Program-made: the position numbers and the translations under genes | Assembly (NCBI GenBank): GCA_002780005.1 | Contig: PEWV01000025.1 | Location: forward strand, 25,150 to 89,149 | Source: Candidatus Aquitaenariimonas noxiae | Lineage (GTDB): Bacteria; Omnitrophota; Gorgyraeia; Aquitaenariimonadales; Aquitaenariimonadaceae | Direction of reading: 5' to 3' | DNA: 64,000 bases | Shown here: piece by piece, positions 10,101-21,100 of the stretch | Layout of the letters: the number at the start of each line of letters is the position of its first letter | How positions within the stretch are numbered: position 1 is the stretch's first letter | Notes under the pieces: generated by a model | Told to the model about the DNA's origin: nothing | Database searches by the model: none | The model's input: only the letters and a program-made list of their open reading frames with translations

Positions 10101-11595
10101 TTACAACTTGGGGATCAGCAACAAATCTGGGATTAAGACCAAATGCAGACTGTTTTTCTTCACGCATACCCAAAAATGCGAGGTATCGCCCTATTGCATA
10201 ATAATTTGGCTTTTCTTCATATCTGAGATGTTCCCTGTGAAAATCCCTTACATGGCCTAGGTACGGCCGATCAAAGCTCAGCATATCTCTTTTAAGGAAA
10301 AATCTCATAGCAAGACTATAGGTGCCATCCTGGCTGTCTCGATCCTTTCTATTTACCAGCTCTTCAACGAGAAGCATGGCTGCCTCTAGATGAGTAGCTT
10401 TTATCTTATGTGTCGCCGCATAATCAAGAATAAACTGTTTCAGCGCCTTCCTTGCGATCAAGGTCGCTACCATCTCGCTATTTACTTCAGGAAGAACGGC
10501 TTCGCCCCTTGCCTGCATGATCAAACGCATCTGGTGAAGTTTCAATTCAACCAGTTCGTGTATTATCTCGTGCTCTATAAATAAGGAGGCGGCTGCCTTG
10601 AGAATTTCAGGATCGCTGGCTGCTTCAATTAAATCCGTCGAAAACCAATCATATATCTCTCTAGTCTCTTCGTATCCGCTCGTCCGCATATCATCAAAAT
10701 AGGAAAGCACAGAATCTACTGTATTTGTTGGAATATGTTCGCCTCCTGCTATTCCTGATAATTCATCCAATACATCTTTTAAATGTTTATTCACAATTAT
10801 GCGCTGGCGTGTAATATCGGCATTATTATTTAAAGGGTCTGTAACAGAAACAGCCGTAACATTCATGCCTTCTCCCCAGACTACATCAAGACTAGCTCCA
10901 TCAGCGTAATAATCTGCATATACAGCATTCTCCCCCCGGTCTCTCGATACTAAAATATCCCACATAAGCCCGACCGATGAACGTAAATACATGAAATCCA
11001 GATCTACAGCCAATACCGCATCCAGTTTTCTGTGAATTTCGGCAACTATTTCCTGCTCGACGGGTTCATCGGTTTCTCTAAATCTTAAATTTGCTTTTTC
11101 ACCGCCTGTTTCATAACCTCTTTGAGAACCTGATGCTTCGGCATGACCTGTATCTTCTTCCGCATAGGCCTGAACGGGCCTAAATATATGTTTTCCGTCT
11201 GCGTCATAACCTATAAGGTATACCCCACCGCCTAAATCTGGATGCAGTGTAACTTTGAAACAGTACCCTTCTCCCGGTACTATCTCAATACCCTGCAACT
11301 TATCAGCATTTTCACCTACATAGGCACTAAGCTGCTCTAATGCCTGGGCTTGAGGGACTCCTTTGTCATGCTGAGTCTTTACTATCTCGCAAAGGATAGC
11401 GACCGAACTATACGCAAGAGGCCTGTCTCCTAATGCTTCTACAATTTCGTCAGGGCAGAATGTGGTAGGCTGTTTTAGGCAAAAAGCTGTCTCCGGGTGC
11501 GAAACCCCTGCGAAGCTTATATTCTGGCAAAGGAATATCCAGCTTGTTATTAAAGCTACTATTTGTATAAGTTTTTTCTTTCTCATGCGAATCAT
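508..11595 (-). CDS. Giant multidomain protein G3 (3695 aa): signal peptide, HExxH module, PIMT, Tudor-like, beta-rich repeats, HD, wHTH, NadD-like, APH-like kinase, HAD, shared C-terminal domain
   Basis: Uninterrupted 11-kb ORF. Basic N-region, hydrophobic stretch and ISFA cleavage-like site. Motifs LEIGTGSGWQAA, MLHDADR, DPPHWGH, GLINRTY, FDAGNIL/FIDD. Confidence 0.93.
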   Translation of the reverse strand: MIRMRKKKLIQIVALITSWIFLCQNISFAGVSHPETAFCLKQPTTFCPDEIVEALGDRPLAYSSVAILCEIVKTQHDKGVPQAQALEQLSAYVGENADKLQGIEIVPGEGYCFKVTLHPDLGGGVYLIGYDADGKHIFRPVQAYAEEDTGHAEASGSQRGYETGGEKANLRFRETDEPVEQEIVAEIHRKLDAVLAVDLDFMYLRSSVGLMWDILVSRDRGENAVYADYYADGASLDVVWGEGMNVTAVSVTDPLNNNADITRQRIIVNKHLKDVLDELSGIAGGEHIPTNTVDSVLSYFDDMRTSGYEETREIYDWFSTDLIEAASDPEILKAAASLFIEHEIIHELVELKLHQMRLIMQARGEAVLPEVNSEMVATLIARKALKQFILDYAATHKIKATHLEAAMLLVEELVNRKDRDSQDGTYSLAMRFFLKRDMLSFDRPYLGHVRDFHREHLRYEEKPNYYAIGRYLAFLGMREEKQSAFGLNPRFVADPQVVTAQVAQARAMLKASQAQLPDTGIVSASDRTTQPAEKGPGGEAAKAEEAVRNLIQNIETLSADIGDAGIPQIRALLTLISRVLQDLRGIKIEGLNRWSGEAFLSCMSTLTVGFNAARGILVRRGGEHTLPLISRIDSMSRDITSLQDSVTHLPAFGLVSEAVTHKLMASRDMTEEELQSKEAMLYASIKEELLKRNHREDIVRDVINAMMENRRHNFIPPGLIASAYESSPLPGQAISSPIMVAEMTALLIENIPDYRNAVILEIGTGSGWQAAILGSLVKEVYTVETLERLAKDAHKNITRAGRNNVHVIVGDGSAPLFREEMSFDGIMVTAGAPRLPAALRDELKDGGAIVIPITGKTGRGTLNLIQKRAKEDESGEETVMLAREIMEYRFVPLLGMEGQATGPADTAGGYILKGEIALEELQSIIENGDIEPFNFRHTNIPLNNLRRFIRARLKGLLSEDEINGIMMTLIPKNMYEFGSVIITSRDIPPEEDNFVLGFNSHAPLLRNISMNGERLGGQRVMLGYAADFVRYLSHVESYSSGETKTSLVAEYLLHEALESFYDHEACREIQKKAFPENYQGPYENEGLLRECIRSYINQQLGLAERRANLKLSAHEGKLTRGEFSVFEETTGGEVGFPERFDYEAYAAELERFVYLQIINPWQASSILRTMADYSGPEPGRYAQELVENAARTRGRGKLDREWEEFTQRHGNRLPPLLLPGQKIWHLHYGEGRIISVEGKGEERVLTINFGAGEKKLILAHARNYIQGLRQNSFATQDLSQAINERRAKARVYSLDELMQAMEHGERVIVPDGREVFNTRWGQIDLKNLNNLELYTGRQSGFYLARDIELAVERGYIRLGRAQILASPKICERLSREVRSRLGIQIQQVGWIKFWDLKDMLEAAPASYRGVAGMIEVAKTVHVSNLADMYRIFGEPEFISEYGWHDIRCTVERLDRLEALLAQVPANFTGRQGQLEMTRRLDINKPGELYALVPYLEAKYNLTLGWIDTEFTTSQMEAVTAAPDMTLYMDAVTVPTVATAPTVQSILSAPEEERLVLAQALLSSRKKLFANSDQFTIEQLATLDDGVVITGNNLKPQGELGIGGVDVFRFGNYPGHKVQFEVLQGHPYRVWIFDDSDKLVEFIQLGTIYRPDGTLVKTFHGKIEKPEFAKLNNVEIRDHYVKEDGTLTIGGRNVKMGEGYKYHQAVIEVREGQIWEVTLVNEETGERTPRPFCLVYDKKSGKLVDSFLRNLSSTRFKEYDGVTIRGLRLDKFGNLAVGAKKKPIPHFSKHKSKKVELDVIQGQYDRVRIYDEEDNLLEDHEFALMYDEKGELFNSFWDTLAEGTYLSLKNVTIKRFKLNKAGVINLGGPAGQGAVVFSQYPIDKYPDHRGALTVVENGIVSRATLLDGAGNIVEGQDRRYSLVYDPEGNLKASFFRVDTIDDLKEFGTCTIKHFWLNDVSGGLHLGKHWAAFTNYKGHEVEIDLIDGVVTQVRILGAGREVLDTCNFALIYNAEGQLVDSFWEMLSPEKLAELKDHIIKRVRLGAMATKDIGGKVGPGGKTSRIKVPGHANEEIIIIVKNGEVSEVQDKAGNHLDATITAAIEGEAEVPEGAPEVTIEGIYAVQSTIGVGLDGVKYEEAFADPANKEDSDAQLVKLREEIEEKVSAREERIVTGDEAVSEVEWLLGRLCEITNCSDPLFRANMSPHMQALPDVVRRLAAEPSPELLIASMLHDADRFFDGYYVAIKDEPPVDSPRHQNYYKPIQHPRMAADFARSLLELLGIDPRLIANVDLLIRNHEKGIRKDTMPEPLPAQEATLAHLIEDSAVLRDADAMSFFTPVLFTNDLMDLRSKGREEEFSAEVHEKYNRVSDEARRIIDGLMEERHDEYLALEGGQDAYAIFAEVQSKFMQAKGPEGSPAEALRDLFGSRDTLRDKPITITSAINGTADVPKWRSENSKTGKPYARSTISNELRALERLGILQLIEPPRPGKSTQYRLSPLFFQIQDAETLNRICNIQIDNDRLLQHWSYDRAKLGKAADEIRKILGAAKTAPSILAPGIFDLDLELEGLIVAEPGRQKLAEIETTINALLTQIQGLIESGEIHPEISFDPDTNVISGALPDRPLRVGFYPIAGDPPHWGHLAVMLQSIVDLKLDKLIIISRGAPTYKSGLSSESVRFGLIEAMTSRLAPIVQFSPIGSKRDDTSVQYIPEILDVNPDIGVNAYYIGGDEYGDELWRRFEPLVTEQRLSPSHSIGVALISRQNHREELQKRLESVESVIPLATIQNPIDGLSSAALKEDMQQPGIPYFIRLLIQQYGFYGVAASGLPNICEAAFKVMESRRRVIKAERDAETGVSVEGRAGVESSAVTPTLEAKEVMDIFNAFENTYEASPQNCTCQTIEFGLINRTYRLVIKEEGIEYQYFVQKINSVFNVEAMDHNLQLLERLQNETVLPEDWDRLDFLNVKSACRSGVLTKLYRDADGAVWRVSKGIPGEIETYLTLEDIPERDLLTAIYNIGRSIAVIDNMYNSIESDQWMTPLPNMTSLKYHWSYLNSVLSGERVTLSLSQDSSRKVELQRDRMSGYEKRVSPLLDDLNARRYLPDNEVNIGTGIYNNDVRPKNAIFKRKPDTGELYVASWLDPDSTQPARLFNDLAIAIRTTTYMVVMNYGDINDDPQLLMSIVDYLADCIIDGYIELGQTNRIDRGLMKWYAYRYILEYYHTWCDRFLADFLVGDKYFELDPREPNDTNLTRAEMGMEFLKRFERILASQGIEVNDTSAFSALATQAESSRVAYEFPAPAAVNTVFFDAGNILLKVDYHRATRALAQYSDKTEDFIYQKILSDEILVPFESGQVTPEAYFQNLKKIFNLNMTFEEFMPIFSDIYEANQPVADMMAALKERGYKIFIITNTNPIHRDYMPSKYKDIFGIADGVIASCDVGCMKTDKRIFETALERAGVSADRAVFIDDVEDYVTTARSAGISGIQYHYRDGPVLYDALCRAFEGQSLAAEARSFVSSLRGLAKPAQEDGEEILVGIDTTIGNLGSYAPNLLKVLAELKDQEGLSNLVVIASDGTELSARVNSYIRDAEKAGKKVRVVSVVKESNRGKHMFDSLAGKAQIVSVDDSQVIEGESLNQYIPVTRIIELALKRLLNKPHEPIPYVAESEENGILKLILSVQEGAKPLTSDELRQRYDEEAEFIGKA
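1150..1710 (-). other. HAD-family phosphatase domain (YihX-like) within G3
   Basis: Motif I VFFDAGNIL, motif II ITNTN, motif III K (MKTD), motif IV FIDD. Confidence 0.85.
1830..2930 (-). other. APH-superfamily kinase domain (N-acetylhexosamine 1-kinase-like) within G3
   Basis: GLINRTY, QKINSVF, NNDVRPKNAIF (Brenner-like), WLDPDS, RFLADFLVGDKYF...NLTRA. Confidence 0.75.
3190..3730 (-). other. HxGH nucleotidyltransferase (NadD-like) domain within G3
   Basis: VGFYPIAGDPPHWGHL, YIGGD, LSSAALK. Confidence 0.75.
4420..5020 (-). other. HD-domain module in G3 (paralog ~13230-13830 in G2)
   Basis: H...LHDADRFF.GYY...HPR...HE.G...DAD; the G2 copy has FHDIDRFFEGYY...HPRLSA...RHETG...RADS. Confidence 0.8.
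5330..6850 (-). repeat. About 5-6 degenerate ~90-aa beta-rich tandem repeats within G3
   Basis: Recurring unit V(T/E)I..hxL.k.G.l.lGg...F..y.gh.v.l.v..G.v..V.i.d......F.LvYD..G.Lv.SF. Confidence 0.75.
8910..9500 (-). other. Protein-L-isoaspartate O-methyltransferase (Pcm-like) domain within G3
   Basis: RRHNFIP..AY..PLPGQAISSP.MVA, ILEIGTGSGWQAAIL, GDGS, FDGIMVTAGA, LKDGG, RFVPL. Confidence 0.9.
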
Positions 11596-11596
11596 T

Positions 11597-12180
11597 TTAC
11601 GCGTTTCCTATAAATTCTGCCTCTTCGTCATATCTTCTTCTTAATTCCTCTTCGCTCAAAGGTTGCGCAGGAGGCAGCATAATAAATTTCAATATTCCAT
11701 CCTCTTCCCTTTCTTCAACGTAAGGAATCGGCTCGTAAGGCTTATTTAAAACCCTCATTAAAGCGCATTCAACGATTCTTGTTATCGGAATAAATTGGTT
11801 GAGCGTTTTTCCGTCTTCGCTCATTATTCTCGTATCATCTACCGAGATAATCTGAGATTTGCCTTCTAGCGAATTAAACATGCGCTTGGCCCTATTGTCT
11901 TCCCGCACAATAGCTGCAGCCCTTACCTTCCTGCCTGCCCTTAAAGCATCTTCTAAGTATGCATTTAAATGCGCCGAGAGGACATTTCCTTCACCTGCAA
12001 TCACGGTTAAATTATCCAACCCTTCTTTTTGTCTAAGCTCAGTCAATATTGTAAGTAAATTCTGCGCATAATCCCCAAGATTGCCTATTTCCGTATCAAT
12101 GCCTACCAATAGCTCCTCGCCATTATCTTTAGCTTCCTTGGCTAGTGCCCGTATATTCTCGACAAAACGTTCGGCTTGAA
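11597..12180 (-). repeat. Shared C-terminal domain, copy in G2
   Basis: IRALAKEAKDNGEELLVGIDTEIGNLGDYA...ELRRRYDEEAEFIGNA aligns with the G1 and G3 C-termini. Confidence 0.9.
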
Positions 12181-15100
12181 TCCTACCCGGTTCTGCTTTC
12201 CCTTCAACTTGAGGCAATATAATCTTAAATGTAGTTCCTACTCCGGCTTCAGTATCAACATCCATATCTCCTCCGAAACTTAAGGCGAACTGGCGCGATG
12301 TAGCAAGGCCGTGGCCTTTTGATAAGATACCTGTGTCTTCCTTATCGCTGGAACCTCTCACAAAAATAGCTTTTGTTTCAGTTTGGGTCTCAGGATCCAA
12401 AACTTTTTCTAACATCTCGGGTTTTCTTATGCCGCCGGCATCATCTTCCACTTCTATTAAGACCTGGCCATTAGACGGCTTTAGCCTAACAGTGACCTTA
12501 TGCTCGGCTCCGGCTTCGACATACCTGGGTATATTGGTCAAGAGGTTGCTTAAAATACGCCTCAAGCCTCCGCGGCTTGCCTTCACAATAAGCCCTTCCT
12601 GGGGCTTCTCAAAATATATACGAATATTTTTATCGTGAAATTCCTTGCCTCTCGCTTGCAGGAAACCGCCAAGGAAGGCGCCTAGCTCTATATTTTCCAT
12701 TACATAACTATCCAGCATGTCAAGCCCTGATTCGGCAAACTCAAGCGCAGCCGCCGAGAAATCGCCTTCAAAGGATTCTCTGCATATCTCAAGAACAGAA
12801 GGATCTGTAATAGCATCCAGCCTGGTTGGGTTTTCTGTAAAATAAACTTTCACCGCGCCATATGCCTGCCTTAATTCATCGGCAAACGCCTTGCCGTCTT
12901 CTACGACTGCATTCCAATCACCTGTCTCGCGGCCGTGGTAATAAGGCCTTTTTCTCTCCTGCTGTGTAACTTTTATGCTGTCAAGCAGCGTATAAACTGC
13001 CATGAATTTTTCTTTTTCGCTCGCATCTGCATCCGGCCTTAGATTATCTTGCACATAAGCTAACCAGCCATAGAGCTCTGTCATCGGCTGCAGCACATCA
13101 TGAATAAAAGCGACCATCTTCACGGATTCCTCTGTTGGCTCAACAGTTACGGCCGGCTGTCCCAATGGGGCCTTCGCACCTTCTGCAGTTCCTTGAGTGT
13201 GCATAAGCTCGCTCCGTATAGACTGAAACACTGCAAGCGTCTCTACACCTTCCTTACTCTGCCTGAAGGTTTCTTCTCCCGCAGCCACAAAGGCATCTGC
13301 GCGAATCTTGTCTTCCGGAACAAGGCGCGCGTATTTATACCTTATCATAGCGTTGCCTTCGCCTTTTCCTTTGTCACGTTCGAGCAGAATATAGGAATTT
13401 ATTAGAAGTTCGGGTATAAATTGAGAAATAGAATCTGCTCTTTGCAGGAGATTCATATCCGAAGCTGCCTCCTGCTGGAATCCATTTTCCGCAGCCACTT
13501 CTTCTGTAATACCCGTCTCATGACGCAAGATAAGTATTTCAACGTCCCCTAAGACTTTATCGCTCACTCCTGCTTCTCTAAGCCACTTCAAGGCGAAATT
13601 CGCTGACAATCTCGGATGCTGATTTGATTTGTAATGCAAGTATTGAGGGGTACCGCCTTTAAAGCCATCGGACGGGTGCACGTAATAACCCTCAAAAAAT
13701 CTGTCAATATCGTGGAACAATCCGGCAATAAGAGCTGCCGGATCAGCTGAAGGATCAATCTCCCTGATGATCCCTGGTATAGATCTCATGTGTGGCGGCA
13801 TATTCCTAATAAAAAGTTCGTCTCTGCAGTTTTTATTGGCGTCCATCCAATCGAAAAGCCATTGGGCTTTTTCGGGATCTGTCATCTTATTTAAATTTGT
13901 TCGGTTTTCTTCAATAGCCGTTCGTAACCTTCCCAGTATCTCATCGGATTCTTGCCGATGTGTTATATCTATTGGTGCTGTGCACCTCATATGTTCCGTA
14001 ATTTTGTCTCTGGCCATAGCCAGCCTACTTTCACTATACGTACAGTGCTGCATTACATAATCGCCTTCTACGTCTATATCGCAGATTCTATCCACAAGTT
14101 CTTCGTCCTGTATCTGGAAAAATATATTAGTAAGATAATATACGTTTGGTTTCCCGCGAACCGGCTCTCTGGGCTCGCTGTCAGGTGCATCCTTTATTGC
14201 AAGAAAACCTAAGCGGCGAAGAGCTTCGAGCTCATTCGCTATTACAACTCGCGCATAAGGCTTGCCTGTCCTTGTATTTTCCCGTCTCCATTCACCTTGC
14301 GCGCTTCGTACGGTTATTGGGTTAATCCCTATCTGACTCCTGTGAGCGAATAAATCGCACAGGGCTTCTGCAGGCGAGCCCTTAGGCGAAGCTAGGCCGG
14401 AAAATGCTGTAGTTACGCCATGCCACCCTTTCTTCGACTCAGCTGTTATTACGGGTGCCGGTTGGGTTGTAGTAGAAGAATCCGGAAGAGTACTCTGACC
14501 TAAAATTTTGTCAACCATTTGCCGCAAAGCATGCACTTCTTCTGCCTGTAATTTGCTCACCTCATCATAATGTCTCAAAGGCTGACTGCTTAGCCTAGAC
14601 GACCTCTGTAAGGACGGAGCATCGATCCGAATATTACAAAGCCGGTTAACAAGATAACGCGGCATTTTTCCCTTCAACTCTTTCCTCAGACTTATCTTAT
14701 GCGTTGACGAGTTTCTATCTATATTGACTATTCCTGCCTCCTCTAGATTTGCTATTTCAATTCTGACCGTTTCGTAACTGAAAACCCCCTCGCCGAAATT
14801 CTCCTGGTTCTTAAAACGCAATTGTTGCAATTCGCTGATCGTTAAAGCTCCTCCGCTTTTAAACCTGGTTGCCAAAACTTGTAGCTCAGGAGTAGGCCAA
14901 TCTTTGGTCAAAAGAATAGACTTCAAAAATTCAGCCGGCGAACCTTGCGGATACGTACGGTGTGCGGCTGCATAAGGCGGTTTGGATTCAACATTAATAA
15001 TATAAGAGTAAAGATTACCCCAATAGGCTTTGACTACAATATGGTAGATAAGATAGTCTTCGACCTTCATACCTAAAAGATCTTCTAATTCTACCAGACC

Positions 15101-18100
15101 TACTGAGCCGAAGAATATGATCTGTCCGCCTGGTTTTAAAACCCTTAAGACCTCTTGCCATGCGGATACGATAAATTCTTCACTTTGTCCTACAAAAACA
15201 TCGGATAAAAGTAAAATTTTGTCTACGCTACTATCATTTAGCGGAATGCCCCTCAAGGGAATATTTTCTGGGTTGCTCCTAAAATCTCTCTGCAGAAAAC
15301 GAATATTAGATTGTCCCGGAATAGACGCATCTGCATAAGCAATAGCCCTTTTTAAATTCTCAGACCGTGCATCTATCCCGTAAACCATTACTTCGGGATT
15401 ATTCCTTGCGATGTCAACTGAGTCTTCTCCGCCACCGCATCCTAAATCCAGCACCACTTCCCCGCTTCTAAATGCTACTCTCTCCAGAAGAGCTCTTTTC
15501 TTATCGATTATGTTGGCTGCGCGTTCCATTGATGGATCGCTTCTTCGCCACGGATATCCTATTACGACCCCATCTATCTGCGGTACTATATCTTGTTCAT
15601 CTTTTTTCCCATTCTTAAAAGCCTCACTTATTAATCCGACAATATCGCGATGAAGCTGGGCATATTCTTCTCCCATCTCACGTCCGGTCAATGTCAGATA
15701 ACTCCACAATTGCCAGAGTTCTATAGGCGTTAAAACGGCGCTGCTCCGCCAGGATTCAAGTAATCTTTCTGAATCTTCGATCTCCTGCGCCGTAAAGGTG
15801 CCATAATGCTCCAATATCTGCGCAACCTTATCGCCAAACTCCTCGAATCTTTCCTCTAAAAGTCTGGCCTGATTTGCTGATAAATAGGGGTGTAAAGCCC
15901 TCATCATTTCAGCTACCTCTTGTTCCACTTCTTCTGTTTCGCCGTTGGTAAGTTTCTTTTCTCTCGCGTGCCTAGCTTCATGACGAACCATCAAGGCTAT
16001 TACTCGGGTTAAATAGTTATATCTTCCGATATTATCCCGCACCTTCTCGCGTGCCCTATCGACCATAAGCTGCCGCATTAACGCTAAGGGGAGATAACCG
16101 TTTTGCTGCGCGGGAAATTCACCTTCTCTGAAATGGCCGCCCAGGCCTCTTCCGGCATGACCTATCACAAATCTTGCTACAGGATCCGCAACATCTTGCC
16201 ACAGGCAATAACTTCTGGCTTCGGGAGGAGAACGAGCGTCAGGGTCTAAAAGATATATATTTGTATCTTTCAAGTCTTCGGAGGCCTCAGCCTCTTCAGG
16301 AGTATCCTTATAATAATTTAATGTCAGCCCTCGCAAGTCAGCTAAGAGCTTGTTATCTTCCTGGGATTGTCTTGTTTCGCTTCCTTCGGTATCGCTTATA
16401 TAGCAACCCGGTTTTTCTCCGTCAAATATGCGTTCGAGCATAGGATTTGTGATATTATCGTGATCTTCTTCTCTAACGCCGGGTCCGGCTATGGTGGAAT
16501 GAGGTTTTAAAGGCCTGATGGGGCCTCCGAATAATCTATCGATTTGATCCTGGCTAAGGTTCCGCTGGGATCTATCCCTGCGCTCAAGATAAACCCTCCT
16601 GACACCTTCTCTTCTTAGCGCATTCGCATATGCGGTTTCTATGACGAGCCATCCTACCGTTGCTCTTCTTTCAAATTCATCCCAGTAGTGCGGTGTATCG
16701 CTATCCGGCTTCATGTTCGTCACAGGCCAGGCGATATTACCTTGCTCATCAATACGAGCAGGCCCGCAAATATAAAGATTACGATCAAAATAGCGATTTA
16801 ATAAATGGCGCGCTGTCAATCCGTCTCTCCGGTGCACTACCGGACGCAAGGCGCTAAGCCGGCGCAATGTATCTTCCCACAATTCCCTATCCCCTTTTCT
16901 TTGCCGGTCCCTGGCAACATTCTCCGCGTAAGCGGCAAAAGCCATATGTATGTCACGCCATACAATAAGAGCATCCGGCCGCCATTCTATTCTATACATG
17001 ATCGCATCGTGCACGGATGACACTCTTTCTTCAACAAAATCACGTAGCTTTCTATGTGTCTTGCGCCATTTGCCGCTTCTTATATCTCCAATAACATCTG
17101 ACATCAGGAAATAGGTCTCATAATCAATAAAACAATGCGATAAGATGCCGCGCCTTATGCCCCGCACTATGCGAATAGGGTTACTCAAAAACCATACTAG
17201 AAGGATTAGAAACACATCTTTAATAATTGTGGTAAAAATAATCATCATTCTTTGGATGTTGTATGCCTTCTGCACATACTCGAATTTATCAAGGAATGTC
17301 ACATGGTATCCGGCCCTTTCTTTGCCCTCCATCGCGCGGTTAAAGGCGCGTTTCTCAATATCTATCAATTTAAACATGGTTATGTTGTCGAGGATCTTTT
17401 CGCTTATCCAATTATCATAGTAAGGCCATAATTCCCGATAGTGGGCGGTTTCGTGCTCTATAACACTGTAAATGTTGGCCACGCTCGAGGTATCTAGATC
17501 TTCTTCGGTAAGCTCTTGCACTTCTTCTATTGGGATATCAACCTTGCCAGCGCGCACAGCATTCTCTATCGCTTGCCTGCTATACTCGACGGGATTTATG
17601 TTATACCGCACACCAGCCCCTCCTGGAGCGAAAGTATAGGCGTAGCCTCTGTTCATTCTTCCTGTATAACCCGCCACCCATGGAGGAGTTGCCCCGTCCC
17701 GGTAAATCGGAACATCATTCGCTTCCATCCAACTGAACATCTCGGGATCGAGTTCTCTCATAGCCATAAGGGCTGTGCGCAATTTAGGCCCATATAAGAA
17801 TCCTTGGCCATCTCTTTTATCAATATAGCGGCTTCCTGACCTCATCTCATTACCCATTCTATACCAGTCCGGCCTTCTAATTGTCCGACGTGCTTTTGCG
17901 CGGTCGGCATTTTCAGGGATTTTATATCTAATAGCCCTATCATTAGCTGCGCCTAACTCCTGCTGCACTCTTACATACTGAGGAATGAAAATCGTCACTA
18001 ATAAAAGAATAACTAATAAGGCACGCTGAAGGATCGTAATTTCTCTACCGGACCGTAGCTGCTTAAGCATAGCTCCCGCTGAAAAACTGACCATAGCTCC

Positions 18101-21100
18101 TAGAATAGTCAAGGTAGTCGCTCCAGTTACCCAAGCAATTCCAACAGGATGAATCACAAGAATACCCACTGCCAAAAGAATACTCGCTACAAACATCGCA
18201 ATACTTGTCTTATAACTAACTCCTCGCGCCAGAAGCGATATGGAGAGCGCAAGAGGAATAAATAGAACAAGTGCCGGCATAATGTGCATACCTACCAATA
18301 AATTAATAATCATAAAAGAAGCGCCATAAAGAGCGAACGCACCAAAGAACCGGCCTGCGCTATTGGTAGCATTGGATCCCGCTCTTTGGCCTGTAGGCAT
18401 AGCCTTTACAACGAATCCGGAAGGAGTAAATGCATCTTCGGCATAATAACGGCTTGATACAAAAAGGGATATCTGGTAGAAAAGGTGCTCATAATCTTCT
18501 CTTGTAGAGGCGTTCTCTTTCAAGCCGGCCAAATATTCTAATCCTCTTTCATCAAAATAATTGCCTGAAGGGAACGAGGGCTTTTCTTTTGTGAAATATT
18601 CCCGGATTTCATCAAATAGAGGTTTGTTATAAACGCATGAGGTGTAGAGTATTAAATCTCTGAATACCTGGGCTTTTTCTTCGTCTTTTTCTTCAACGGC
18701 CAGGCCTATACTATTATCATGGCCTAGTTCGTGGAACAGGCGTTCTGCTAAAAGCCATTTAGTTGCGGAGCGGTATTCTGAAGGTGCACTTAATAATGTT
18801 TCAACAAATGTTTTATTTAAAAGTATTTCGACATTGCCATTTATATCTATGTAACGTGCGGCATTTACGGTAAAGTTGTCAGACGACACGACGCGTATAA
18901 CAGGGGGCGCCCTGTTCTCTTTAAGATTTCGCGCGATAATATCTTTCAAGATAGCCTCTGCCTCGGTGCCCTGAGTTTCGGTTTCTAGCGCATCAAGGGC
19001 GTCGTACACAAGGCCTTGCAGCTTCTCCCTGTCACCCTGGGCCTCTCCACCGCGAACCGGCCTTTTCGATTTTTCAAGCTGTAGTTCTAATCCGTCATAT
19101 TTTTCATCAAACACCAAATCCTCATATTGTATAGGTCCGGTTCCTTCTCTAGCGGTAAGCATGGTTTTCATGCTCTCCCCGGACGCTTCTTGTTTCGTGC
19201 GCACCAAGGCAAAACGCCTGCTTAATAACGGCAAAAGTAGGCGCGCGACAACATAAGCGACCAGTGATGCGCCGACTAATATCAGAGGTCCCGTGCCAAA
19301 AGTCGGAGGCGTTGCTACCGCTGGAGGAATGTTAGCTACACCTTGTAGATATCCACTTAGTTGTTGGTGATAATTGTTTATAAAATTGCCGGCAAAATAT
19401 AAAGTTGCCCCGGTCGATACAACACCCAGGATCTGATTTAAGAATGTCCCGAACCCTATGCCAACCCAATATTTTGTAAACCTATGGCGGAGTTCCCGCT
19501 CAAAAATACTATACCAAACCATGCTCACAAAACTCATTTCTATCGTATCGATGAAACTCGCCGCAAACAAGAAAACGGTATATGTGAGGGGCATTGTCGC
19601 AGGGTTAAACAGGAATATGAAGATCTGCGGGAATAGTATGGTCTTGAATAAGACTGAAGCCAATCTTATAGTGCATATCCATAACCATGCCTTTCTGAGC
19701 TTTCCTTCAGCCCCTGAAGTATCTCCCTGCAAGGCTTCGTCGGCTTTACGGTAAGACACGTAGCTTGAAATCACCATTACTATTGAACTCGCAATGCCTG
19801 CCAGGAAAGAAGTCATCGCTAACCTGGTGAAAGATTCGCCCATGAAATTGTAAGGAAGGACTACCAACACCCTTATTATGCCTCCGAAAACATTAGTCAG
19901 GAGCCAACCGATCTCGCCTAGGGCAAAAATACGGCTCCGGAAGAAGCTCCTGTAAAGCTGCCATTTTTGGCTGAAGGTGTCAGTATCCTTTTCATAATAC
20001 ACAGCATCGGGCGTCTCGGGCGCGGCGCGCCTAAAACCGACCAAAACTCTATCGGTCTCGGGCGAAACGTCATCTTTGGCGACTCTGATCTTATTTGCAT
20101 TAAATTCTATCACTTCTTCAATAGGCAATTCCCCTATTCCCGGCAATTTGACAGAACGTATATCTACGATCCGTTCGGGCCAGGTTTCGCACACACACGT
20201 GACATTAACCACTGCTGCTGCTACGCTTTGCCCTGTCTCTGCGTCATGATAATATACAAGATAATCTTTTCTGTCCTTTACACTGCCTGCTGTCGAGGCC
20301 TCTTCCTGTAAGCGGCCTGCTTCTTCGGTATTTCCGGACGGCGCAATAGAATCCAAAAGCCCAAGCCTTCTATTTTCCGCGTTTATTTCAACAACTTCAT
20401 ATTTCCTTACTTCCGGCGAATATATAACTACCGGCTCATCGGCCAGATCTTTACGAAAATCTTCCACCTCGAAAATAAACCTATCCTCACCCGGATCATA
20501 ACTCACCGGGAAGCCCCATACATAGATAACGCCTTCTTCTTTAAGCCTAATCTCGGCTTCGGCTCGTTTTGTCTCGAGCGCTTCGCGCACAGCCGGATCA
20601 AATTCAAATTGGACCAATAATCTATCTACCCAATTATTGTTTCCATTTGTTGAATACTCGCTTGTAATTTTAAACTCTCCTGGCCCGACCTCTTCAGCTT
20701 TTAATCCTCTGCGCTGCCAACCATACTGGACGAGCTCTGCCCTGCATGACCCGTTAGACCATCTCCACATATGCCGCCACGGATAGAGCAAATTTCCAGG
20801 GCCTTCTTTATATTTAAATCCCTCGCCAGCGCAGACAACCATATTAAACCGGTCAGGATAGAATATAAACCACTCTCCTTTAGCGTCCTTAACCGGACGT
20901 ATATTGGAATCACCAAGGCATTTGACTTTTAGGCCTCCTCCGAAATCATAATAAGTAACCAAGCCTGATCCCTCATTGAGTTTAGTCACAACATAACTTG
21001 TGCCTGGTGTTGTTATCCTGATATAAGGATTAAAGGGTTGGCGCACAAAGATTGGGAGCAAAGCCTTACTTACGGCATAGATCACTGCAAAAGGTATCGC